The notes beneath the pieces were generated by a model, which was not told where the DNA came from, did no database searches, and saw only the letters and a program-made list of their open reading frames with translations. DNA of 64,000 nucleotides, taken from positions 2,599,648 through 2,663,647 of the forward strand of contig SMSO01000014.1 of NCBI GenBank assembly GCA_004764695.1, in the 5' to 3' direction. The position numbers and the translations under genes were made by a program. Below, piece by piece: positions 34,421-44,324 of this stretch; within the stretch, counting starts at the first letter, position 1, and each line of letters starts with the position of its first letter. The stretch comes from Schizochytrium sp. TIO01 (lineage: Eukaryota > Protista > Bigyra: Labyrinthulomycetes).

Positions 34421-36415
34421 TAAGTAGTAGTTTTTTACGAGTCAAAACAAAATGAGCAATTATCAATTCCTATTTCTACCTCGTATTTGAGCGACTGGAG
34501 CTGCAGACATCGCCTCTGTTTGGGAACTACGCATGCATCCACTCCTGTGTGCCATACCAAGGTGAGTGCGTACCTGCTCACGACCAGCCTCAACTTCTTC
34601 TTCTTCTTCTTCTTCTTCTATAACTTGAACTTGAAGAAGCACACTATAATCAGAGGTGCCTTGACCTCAGTTTTATAAAATCAACACGCTATTAGCGGCC
34701 TGTATTCAGGTGCTACCTCTTTCTTGATTAATTGATCAATAGATTGATCGATCCATCGATGGATCGATCGATTGATTAATAGATTTACTTATTGATTTCC
34801 TGCAATGCGATGAATGTAAACTTGTAAGCAGACGGGGAATCTTGGTGACGGAGTTACAGGGTCGCTGCTCTGGCTGCTGCTCTCATCCTGACTGAGCCTT
34901 CGCGTGTCCAGTTGACTGCCGCTGTTCTGTTGAGACTCTGCGTTGGACTCGACTAGAAGCGAAGGCTTTCGACGTAGGTTGATCGCGGCGGGAAAACTCG
35001 GTCTCGAGTGCCAGCTCGGTCAGACTCGTTGAGTGAGATGCTGAAGTTCACTCTGCCGAACAAGGAGATAAGAGAAGAGCTAGCTAGTTTGTGGTAGGTG
35101 CTTTGGTTTTGCTGGGGCGTGGGATTTATTTGGAGGCCTTTGGCTGAAATAGTTTGTTATTGAAAGAAAGAAAACGAGGCATCGCTTGCTCGTTCTTTAG
35201 CTTGCTTGGTCTTGCGTGGCGTTGCGTGTGAAAGCAACCCTTTGCAAAGTCGAGATGCTCGTTTGTTTGTATGTTTGCTGTTTGCAGAAGAAGCTTGCAA
35301 ATGAAACCGAGAAGAAGCTCCTGTGGAGCAACGAACGCATGGACGCATGAGTGAGTGAGTGCATGGAGAAGTACACTAACTGAGTGCATTTCGCAGTGAG
35401 TGAGCATGAAAATTAAATTAAACAAAAGGTGTGGAGGCTGGCCATCTACTACTTGTTCTACAGGCAAATGCATCGAAACTCTTGTCGTAGGCCGACTATT
35501 AGTACTCGCTTTTCTCGCGTTCGTCATGTCTCCATTTCTGTCTCCCCATATCTAATCTAGATTATGCGCGACTGGATTCCTTGTATTCGCAGCGTGGCAA
35601 ATAAAAGAAAGCCTCGGTGACCCGTTTGTGAACTCATTCTCTGTTGCACGAGCTCAGCATACCGAGCTCGGCCAATCAAGATCGTCCATGCGATTCATTT
35701 TATTTGTTTATTTATTGATTTATTTTTTGATTGAGAGAAGGAGATAGCAAGATTGCCTGTAGTACATTTTCCATTTTCGTGTTGCTGATAGCATGATCAG
35801 AAGAATCGGTTTTCTTGGCCTGAATCCACTGTTACCCTTTAGATGGTGTGAGCTGGGTACGCGAAGTGAGTGAGATTCTGGTTGGTGTCGAAGAGGTACG
35901 TGTTGATGTTGAAGAGGTCCTCGACGCTCCAGGCCAATTCTGGCACTCCTGACGAAAGTCCTGCTCTAGCTAGCCACGGCGTGCAATAGCAGATGCATTA
36001 TTGGATGCAACCTTGAATGCAAACGAACATCCTCAATCTTGGCTTTAAGAAAATTGAAATATTGAAGGTAGTTTAGGTATACCGATCTCCTCAAGGTTTG
36101 TTGCGTTCTTGGAAATAACCATGATCTGTTATTAAAGTTAGCACAGTCCTATTGCTAGTTTGGCCTTCCATTTATTTTACTTTGTTTTATAGGTTAGTTA
36201 TAAATAACTAGACCAGAATAGACTCTAAGAGTAGATAATGCAGATCCTAGTTGTGCATAGTTGAAACCCAGCAAGCAAGTCGCAGCAAAACCTGAACCTT
36301 GGTGAGGTTCTCGTCCTTCCTTGCAAGAAAGCAAAATAGACCTCTTCGGGGGAGGGGGATCTGCAAATAGGAATCAGGGCTCTGTTGCAAGGAAGGAACG
36401 AAACGAAACTTCACA

Positions 36416-37936
36416 ATGGCCTATCATGTGAACAAGGCAGCAGTATTACAGGGATGGCTTTTTGCTGTTGTGAGCAGTTTGCTTGCGTTTAGGAACGGGG
36501 CTCTAGCTATCAGCACACCTAACGTTATTATTTTCTATTCAGATGACCAAGGCTATGGAGATCGAACGAAATACAATCCAGAGATCCTCAATATGCCGAA
36601 CCTAGAGGCCCTCGCGGAAGGTGGAATTGAGTTTACAGATGGCACAGCCGGGGCTGTGGTCTGTACACCTTCGAGATTTGCAATTTTGACTGGAACATAC
36701 GCATTCCGTCAGCGGCCAAAAGGTGGCGCTATTGGCGCAGGAAGTCCCCCGATGGTGCCCGGGCACTACACAATTGCAAACATGTTCAAAGACGCAGGCT
36801 ATCGCACTTACATGTCCGGAAAGTGGCATCTCGGAATGAATTTTCCATGGGATGTGAAAACTGGTGAAATTACTGGAGGCCCTGTAGACGTTGGATTTGA
36901 TGAGTTCTTCGGTATTCCGGCTTCTATGAATTATGGATACCTCGCTTACATTCGAGGCAACCGTTTTACTGAGCCACCCGATCAGTACACTGTGCGTTGC
37001 AAACACGGTGACCAGGCCATCATCTCCTGTCCCAGTGGTGGAACTGACTGCAAAACATACGGTTTGCAATTTCCCTACAGCAGGAAGGGCTCTTTATCAA
37101 TTGGTCGCTCCTACCGTGCGCACTATGCTATGAGTAACATCACTGCTGAAGCAATATCAATGATCAAGAACCATGTTACGAATTACCCAGAGCAGAAGTT
37201 CTTCTTGTACCTTCCAGTAACTGCACCTCATTTGCCTCATACACCTCATCCGGACTTCGTTGGCAGGACTTCATATGGAGCATATGCTGATTACCTTGAA
37301 GAAATGGATTATCGCCTTGGCCAAGTCATGGCAACTCTCAAGTCTCAGGGAGTCTACGAGGATACATTGATGATCTTTACCAGTGATAACGGCCCTGAGG
37401 GTAAAACAAAGTTTGTTATGACTGGTCTCGAGTCGACTTGGATTTATAAGGGACAGAAACGTTCTCTTTTCGAGGGTGGTCATCGTGTCCCGTTTATCAT
37501 GCACTGGCCAAATATGATCCCAGCAAACAGAACATGGGACCACCCCGTGAGCCAGATAGATCTTTTTGCTACCTTTGCCGAGATGATTGGCGCAAAAACC
37601 CCAGCCAAATCTGGTCCAGATAGTTTTAGTTTATGGCCCATTCTCTCAAATTTTGAAAAAACCAAAGCATCAGATGTTCGCGCAAATCAACCTCTTGTGG
37701 TTGAGGGAATAAATCTCGAGGTTTCAATTCGCTGTGGGCCGCTCAAATATATCACAACTGAGGAGGGGGATCTTTTTGATTTAGATATGTATCCTGCTGA
37801 AAATGTCTTTCGAAGTGGAGAGAGTGTTCGTTCGTTGCTCCCATATTTCAAGAATTTGTATGATCAAATTGTTAGAAAGGGCCATAGCTCAAAAACTGCT
37901 ATTTGCGACCAAATATTGGCAAAGTTTTATGCTTAG
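36416..37936 (+). CDS. Secreted formylglycine-dependent (S1) sulfatase, paralog 2
   Basis: Signal peptide, PNVIIFYSDDQGYGD, CTPSRFAILTG, GKWHLG, GIPASMNYG, EGGHRVP. Colinear with 29504-30991. Confidence 0.95.
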   Translation: MAYHVNKAAVLQGWLFAVVSSLLAFRNGALAISTPNVIIFYSDDQGYGDRTKYNPEILNMPNLEALAEGGIEFTDGTAGAVVCTPSRFAILTGTYAFRQRPKGGAIGAGSPPMVPGHYTIANMFKDAGYRTYMSGKWHLGMNFPWDVKTGEITGGPVDVGFDEFFGIPASMNYGYLAYIRGNRFTEPPDQYTVRCKHGDQAIISCPSGGTDCKTYGLQFPYSRKGSLSIGRSYRAHYAMSNITAEAISMIKNHVTNYPEQKFFLYLPVTAPHLPHTPHPDFVGRTSYGAYADYLEEMDYRLGQVMATLKSQGVYEDTLMIFTSDNGPEGKTKFVMTGLESTWIYKGQKRSLFEGGHRVPFIMHWPNMIPANRTWDHPVSQIDLFATFAEMIGAKTPAKSGPDSFSLWPILSNFEKTKASDVRANQPLVVEGINLEVSIRCGPLKYITTEEGDLFDLDMYPAENVFRSGESVRSLLPYFKNLYDQIVRKGHSSKTAICDQILAKFYA

Positions 37937-38322
37937 CTTTTTTTTTGCCTCCACAGTTCTCTGATGTGTTCTGAAGCGAGTAGTTTTGCCAGCACCAGCA
38001 ATACCTGACTTACTATTTTCAAATACGTGTACGCCCATTCAACCACTGTTTTAACTAATGCGTTATCGATTTTGTATTTCCTTACGAGTATGACTCATCT
38101 TTTCTACAACTCCTCACCCCCACCCCCCTCTTTTTGCATTCCTGCTATGATTATTCCCTCCCTGTTTTATTGTTTAAAATACGTAGATACGATTTCAAGT
38201 CTATTTCATTCTGAGAGTATTGTAACTTCCCTAGTCATGATGTTTGTAATAAAATGTGTTTCTCCTTGTGATATTGTCTATTTAAGTATGAATATTACTT
38301 GCACCATAAATTCAGTATTTAA

Positions 38323-38450
38323 CCTATAAAATTTGCAAAACCTGCATTTCCTACGGAGACGACGTGGGGCTAATAAGTCCTAAGGAGGCTCAATCGTCGT
38401 TAAAAAACCTGCCCGTAGCTCGAAGACATTTTTAAAAGTCTTCTTCTTAA
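38323..38450 (-). ncRNA. Putative Fanzor omega-RNA scaffold / IS607 right end
   Basis: Lies immediately 3' of the RuvC-III DRD region. Nested inverted repeats: CTACGG 38351-56 / CCGTAG 38413-18, ACGACG 38359-64 / CGTCGT 38395-400, GAAGAC 38422-27 / GTCTTC 38438-43. Direct repeat AAAACCTGC at 38337 and 38404. Function is inferred from position. Confidence 0.5.
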
Positions 38451-39700
38451 TGAGGTAGCGCCAAAGGATACCTCTGGCGACGTGATATCACGATCGGTTA
38501 CGTGTTTGCTTATGGGGCATTCGAAAACCTTATTAGATATTTCGAGCTTGTCGTGGGTGGTACCACATTAATTGCATATTCTTGAAGGTAAATCTCTAGG
38601 CGAAAAACAAGTTCACACACGGAGAAAACCCGGCTTTGCGAATGAGCTTTGGGCGACAGCTTGAATGGCCCCAACAACACATTATCTGAAGTGTCTTGCT
38701 TTTAATCCGTCTTGTTAACTTGCTGACCATCTGGGAGGTTTCAAAGTTAGGCCAAACAATAGCATAATATTTTTCATAGAGCCAAAGTACAAGCTTGCTG
38801 TGAAGCTAGGTAGTCTTGTCCTTGGTTTTGAGGATTACTCGTAGGTACGCACGTCTTGAGGTGGTTTTATCCTTCTTCGTTTGAGCCAGTTTACCTTGAG
38901 TTTAATCGGCTGCGACAGAGATCGAGCATGCGTATTGTGACTTTCTCTGTGCCTCACTCGATGGCTCGCACGTGCATGGTCTCCCATGAGCGTACTCCTG
39001 TATCTGAGCCAACAGGACTATGGTACTTTGGTACGCACGAGGTGCCAAATTTCTTAGCGTACCTTTCTATGCAAAAAAGCAGAAGCAAACACGAATCAGG
39101 CGATTCATTTGAACACGCATAGCATTGGTTACTCGGTCGGGGAGCAGTTCCTTGTTGGTACGAAACCTTTTGAGAAAGATTGCGGTTTTTTCTTCCATCT
39201 GTTCTAGTTTCGTGACTCGGCCTCGAAATTTTGGTTTTATCATTTTTATACGAACCTTGAAAGAAGGGCGAGTGCCAAGTTTTTCGGGCATCTAGTACCT
39301 CATTTTAAGCTTGACCAGCAGTGAGAGATTCGAAAAAGTTCAACGTATCCTGAATAACGTACGGCCGACGGTACTTCGAAGACCCAAGTCAGATGCGTCC
39401 GTGCTTTCGTCAAGGCTCCAAATACTCCTTAGCCATCGTCGAGCATTTTAGGATTGTCTCTTTCGTCTTTCGGGACAGCTTCATTTTGGGTCTTTCCTGA
39501 TGCATGCATCTTGATGCAGTGCCGCGGCTTCTCTTCAACCTTTGGACACATCGTAATGAAAGGCAAGACTAGTGTTATAAGCACTTCTAGTGACGCCAAC
39601 CATTTCTTCGTTGAGCGCGTTAATCTTTTGATGAATAGACATTGGCATTCCTACCACGAACTGAATTGTCTTCTTTCTTGGTCCTCTTGTGCGCCTTTAC
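38440..39700 (-). pseudogene. Fanzor2 (IS607 TnpB-derived RNA-guided RuvC nuclease) pseudogene
   Basis: Across frameshifts: GVTRSAYNTSL (~39561-39600), WVFEVPSAVR, RuvC-I GSDTGVRSW (38991-39010), LHSKLVLWLYEKYYAIVWPNFETSQMVSKLTRRIKSKT..MCCWGH..RPKLIRKA (PNFE within 38728-38754), Zn-ribbon ICN*CGTTHDKL...KVFECP, RuvC-III DRD (38487-38495), then ARGILWRYL. Contains stops and indels. Confidence 0.85.
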
Positions 39701-40290
39701 GCATGCTTTCTTCTTTCGTGCTGCGTCGTTGCTATCATTTTGCGCTGCTCGTTTTCCGTGATACGACTCTACAAAAGGTGATGATGCCAAGAGGCCTTGA
39801 GAAGGTGTCGGACTCGTCGGCGTGTGCATCTCGGACGTGTACCACAAGTTTGATACTTCCTCTTTCGAGAAGGTCCTCAAGGAGGTCGCGGTGCATGATC
39901 ACAACCTGGGCGACTCTGCTGCTGTCACAGACGTTCAGTAGGGTACGCAAGTTAGGCCTTTTGAAGTTGACCCCGCTACCGATAATTTTACAGACAACTA
40001 TGGCGTCTGGATAGACCACCAGCCTAGCATTCAAGATCCTCCTTTCCTTGGCAGAGGACACTCTGGTGTTGATAGTTTTATGGTCTGTGCTGCGCTGCTC
40101 GGGGCCGCCGGAACCTCAGCCATGGATGCGCTCAGTATCGTCACTTGAGTATATGTGATTTTTTCCAGGGAAACGCCCGAAGGGCACTTGCTGAGATGCC
40201 AAGCTTCTGTTTGAAGTTCCCTTCTAGCTTGTATTGAAGGTTTGCTTCACGTGTAGTGTTTGGAGCTTGGCGGTTCCCTGACCATGCCAT
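39620..40290 (-). pseudogene. tnpA: IS607 TnpA serine recombinase (MerR-type HTH + resolvase) pseudogene
   Basis: ATG at 40290. HTH KQKLGISASALR, PGKNHIYSSDDTERI, catalytic TRVSSAK, IIGSGVNFKRPNLRTLL, VAQVVIMHRD, C-terminal FVESYHGKRAAQN. Frameshifted. Confidence 0.88.
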
Positions 40291-40616
40291 TTTCTTACCT
40301 CGCTGCCACTTCTGACTAATTATAAGATATCATTTATATGACATAGTACTAATAACATTTTGAGGTTATAGAAGTTCTAACGTTTGCACAGGTACATGAA
40401 TATTTTCCTGTCCAGAAACAGACATGGTAGGTAGATAGTATTAAAATGGTCGTAGGAAAAGTTTGCCTGACAAAGGTAAACAATTCGTTCAAATTCTGTC
40501 GTTGATAGACACGTGCAAGATAAGACGACTCTGAAGAGGTTTCCACGCAATTACTTCATGTACGATGATTTTTGATTAAAAACAAAAAAAGAATGGATTT
40601 ACAGAAGCAAATTTCT

Positions 40617-40640
40617 TTCAAAAAAGAAAGGGTAAAAAAG
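40617..40640 (-). terminator. RNA polymerase III oligo-T terminator of tRNA-Ile
   Basis: T6 runs on the minus strand just 3' of the tRNA (A runs on the plus strand at 40634-40639 and 40620-40625). Confidence 0.7.
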
Positions 40641-40642
40641 AA

Positions 40643-40716
40643 TACTCGCACTGGGGATCGAACCCAGGACCTTGGAGTTATTAGCTCCACGCTCTAACCA
40701 GCTGAGCTATACAAGC
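40643..40716 (-). tRNA. tRNA-Ile (anticodon AAT)
   Basis: Reverse complement is GCTTGTATAGCTCAGCTGGTTAGAGCGTGGAGCTAATAACTCCAAGGTCCTGGGTTCGATCCCCAGTGCGAGTA: cloverleaf, anticodon arm TGGAG-CTAATAA-CTCCA, GTTCGA T-loop. Confidence 0.96.
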
Positions 40717-40899
40717 TAGAATGAGTTGAAACAGGACCTCACATTGAAGTATATATGACTAATAGATGGAACAAATCGTACTCTCTATGCTTAGTTTAAT
40801 TTTTTATTCACTCTTAAGTTTGTTGATTTTTTTTAATATTTATTATTAAAATTAAGTATTAAAAGTTAAGCATGAGTGACTGACTGACTATATATATAA

Positions 40900-41292
40900 A
40901 ACTTTTATAACCTCTAAATGGTTGCTATTCCATATAAATTAACTGAATATATTATAATGATTGTAGGTCTCTGTTAAGACGTGGACGCTAGGTAAGAAAA
41001 TGGCATGGCCAAGGAACCGCGAAGCTCCAAACACAACACGTGAAGCAAACCTTCAATACAAGCTAGAAGGGAACTTCGAACAGAAGCTTGGCATCTCAGC
41101 AAGTGCCGTTCGGGCGTTTCCCTGGAAAAAATCACATATACGCAACTGACATTGTCGAGCGCATAAAAGAGAATGTAAAGTGCCAGGTTGGTGATATCTA
41201 GTGCGAATATCCAGATGTATACAAAATTATCGGTAGCGGGGTCAACTTCAAAAGGCCGGCCGTGCGCGCCCTACTGGACGCTTGTGCTAGTC
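40900..41292 (+). mobile_element. Truncated second IS607 copy (left end + partial tnpA), inverted relative to the first
   Basis: 40990-41150 is the reverse complement of 40140-40300 with 8 substitutions counted by eye. 41223-41257 matches 39955-39989 exactly (IIGSGVNFKR). Weaker homology extends back to aacttttataacctc at 40900. Confidence 0.9.
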
Positions 41293-41327
41293 AACGTCCC
41301 GAGCTTACCAGTGAGTAGCTTTCGGGA

Positions 41328-41440
41328 TACTGGTCGAAATAAGCTTAGGACAAATTGATACAAGCCAAACCTGTTAGTCAAGTTGATTTCCTCATGAATT
41401 TTACTGGAAAGGTAAGGGCCGGGCTTGTAAAAGACTTTCT
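41328..41440 (+). pseudogene. Relic of a fourth sulfatase paralog (C-terminal fragment)
   Basis: Translates YWSK*A*DKLIQAKPVSQVDFLMNF, compared with HWPDVINASLTTKPVSQVDFFATF in the 52143 sulfatase. Confidence 0.6.
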
Positions 41441-44276
41441 TCTCTGTACTCGCTAGAAATTGCAGTCTAATCAGCTAAATGTTGGCAGTCAAGGTGCTTC
41501 AGGGCATGGGGGAATCGGACAAAGAATTATTAAGCTTAAACTTTTGGACTTCGAGAACCCACAAAGTCCAACGTGAAGTGATAATTTGTGTTAGATTCAG
41601 AATAGCAAGGCGAGCATAATCTGTATTACGTAGAGCAGATGAGATCAGGTTCTTATATCACCCTTGTCATCATTCAAATTCTGTTATCAATATCTCTAAA
41701 CCTTTACTTCTGAATGCAATCATATATCTGGTTGTTACTTCTACAGGTGCTTTTTCTCTCAGGACTCACATTATTTCTCTAAGGGGTCTAGCCTTGATTT
41801 GTTTACATGCCGATTTGATTGTTGCTTTGAGCAGTACTCATGAAGAGACATATACAGAAAACAAAACTCACGAAGCACCTTCCATCCACACCAATTTTGA
41901 ATAGATTAGAAACTAACGCGTCTGATTGATTATTTGAGAAACAAGCTCCTACATGAAGAAGTGTAGAACACGCTTTAGGATATATATAATTCACATGGTA
42001 CTATACTAAGTATAAGCAATTCAACTCCAAACTCCTAACTGTGGTAATTGTTTTTGTAATATAAGAAACAAGCTTGATAGTCCTTCTATATTCCAACAAT
42101 TCTGCATTATCAAGCGTCGTGAAGCAAGGCACAACTCGGCCACTAATGGTTACTCTTTTACTTATAGGTCCTTTAGTGCAATGGACACACATGGTGATAT
42201 GATCATGTGACGGTCTAGTCATGTCTTAGAATATGTGTGCATCTAAGCGCGAAAAACTCTGGAATTGAACATGGCAGGACTATAGAGCGCAGTATGATTG
42301 CCCCTCAGTGCATATAATTAGAACGAGGTACTGTCTAAAGAGGTTTCAGCTTTCGTCATGGACCAGTTAATGAATTAGACGAAATTTAGCTTCATGTTAC
42401 AAGTGTAAATACATAAGCTAGCCGTAGTGAAGATCTTTGCATCGTCTTGGAAATGTAGAAGGCACTAGCATAGTAACGCAACAGCGCTGGAATTGAGGTC
42501 TAGGTCTAGCAACTAGGAACTTCCGTACTCTTTCAGAAACCAATGTTAAAAAAAAAATAAGTATAATAGAATGTAAGCTCAATTATGAAAAGGAAAGTGT
42601 AAAGCATTTACCAAGCGTTTTCAATCTTTTACTTGAAATGCACAACCTTAGAGTAACGGTAGGGGCTTTGAATCATGGAAGCTTCAAAAACTAAAATATA
42701 TCAAGTCAAATTTAGCTCTCTAGACAAAGACAAGACAACAGGAATATGTACACCTCTGTTCTGTGTCATCTGCTTAGAATTGCTTAGCACATAAAATCAC
42801 TACCGATCTTGTCTTCTATATCAAGGTGTAGCATGCCAGGCTTTTGAATTAGAAAAAGAATTAATCTTTTTGATAATTTGTACTTTTAAGAAATAGTATA
42901 CAAGTAATCTGGTACCAGGATAGAAGTTTATAAAGTAGGTATGGAAAGAGGCGGGGAACTTCGGCTTGGAAGAGGAGTTGTTTTGCATCATGTAAAGTAT
43001 CGAATTGCCATGCTTAGTATTAGTCTACTGAAGCTGGAAGGAAGCAAGGTAATTTATGTAAAAGGTTTAAATTTACTTGGTAAAAAAAATAAAACAAAAA
43101 CCTCGAAGTGCATGAAAAGTTTAAGTCAAACTTTCACGTGCACAAACTCCAAAACTATTTATCCTTCACATAAACACACAAAGCTATTGGTATCATAATA
43201 AAAAACACCCAAAAATTATTTTTATGGATATCTATTCTTTTGGTACTGCGTCAGACGTGCACCCCTTTAATTTAATTTCTTGGACAAACTCTAGGTTTTT
43301 AAATTTAAGAGACCAACATTGGAACTATTCAGGCCTATTCGCTACACTCACACAAGAACTTCAATTCTTGAAAGTACTAACTAGAGAATAAGTACTAACT
43401 TGAGATCATCGATGAACAAACTTAACTGTTGCAATCCACTTTGCAAGCAGCTTGAACGCATCTATAACAGGTTTGTGAATTGAGCCATCAAGGACAAAAA
43501 CCAAGCTCCTCTTGTGTCATGGGACACATGTCTAATGGGTAATCCTATCCTGTTGGGTATGCCGATGGTTTCGTTTGTGAATACCTTGTGTGCAGGTAAG
43601 TAGGTAGGTGGGTAAGTAAGGAGTTACAAATTACATCACAACCTTCACATCGTTTTTATTCAATGCTCGATCCAATCGGACTCTTCACAACTGAGGCAGC
43701 TTAAATGAAAACATTGTCTATGTGAATTGCATAATCTAGCTTTTTCAAAAAAGCAATTCCATCTCTGTGAGGTACGTATGTAGTTACTAGGTATGACCGC
43801 TATTTAGCGCCTAAGCCACGATGCGAAGCTCAAGATAGATCCACTTCTTGCACAACACCAGGTTGCGTCATTTACAGCATCGCGTGTAAATCAAGACTTT
43901 GCAAAATTATGAAGTTGCGGAGAAGGCAAAAGTCTGTCTTCAAAGGCATCAACCAGACCATCGTACCATGGCAAAATGCGGTCGAAACCTTTTCACCTCC
44001 GCAGAAGTCCTGGCACGCGAAGGAGCCTCAGAAACAATCAACCAGACTCAGGTATTTGCGCAACAGCTCAACTGACTAAGTTTGTCTGACTGGCTGACTG
44101 GCTGCCTGATTCCTAGAATAAACGCAACACTCACCCCAAGGGGGGTATTCTAGACATCGAAGGTAGGAGGCAAGCCCTTCCAAGTGCGAGGTCCCTTTTA
44201 GGAAACTTGGCTCTACGTCATATCAACCTTTAATTGATTCACGCTCACAAAAAGAAGTAAAAACAAAAAAATAAAA

Positions 44277-44324
44277 TCATTCATTCATTCATTCATTCAT
44301 TCATTCATTCATTCATTCATTCAT
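44277..44324. repeat. (TCAT)n microsatellite
   Basis: About 12 perfect units. Confidence 0.95.

Larger units (their letters stand above)
38323..40376 (-). mobile_element. Degenerate eukaryotic IS607-family element (TnpA serine recombinase + Fanzor2/TnpB)
   Basis: Fragmented TnpA and Fanzor2 motifs in the canonical order on the minus strand. The left limit is where homology with the inverted copy at 40900 ends. The right limit is inferred from the structured 3' region ending in TTTTATAGG. Ends are approximate. Confidence 0.85.

Noticed and set aside
34174-34466. FVCL and TNKQ repeat ORFs
   Set aside because: Translations of the (TTTG)n microsatellite.
39454-40014. 186-aa plus-strand ORF
   Set aside because: Antisense to the tnpA/Fanzor junction; no motifs of its own.
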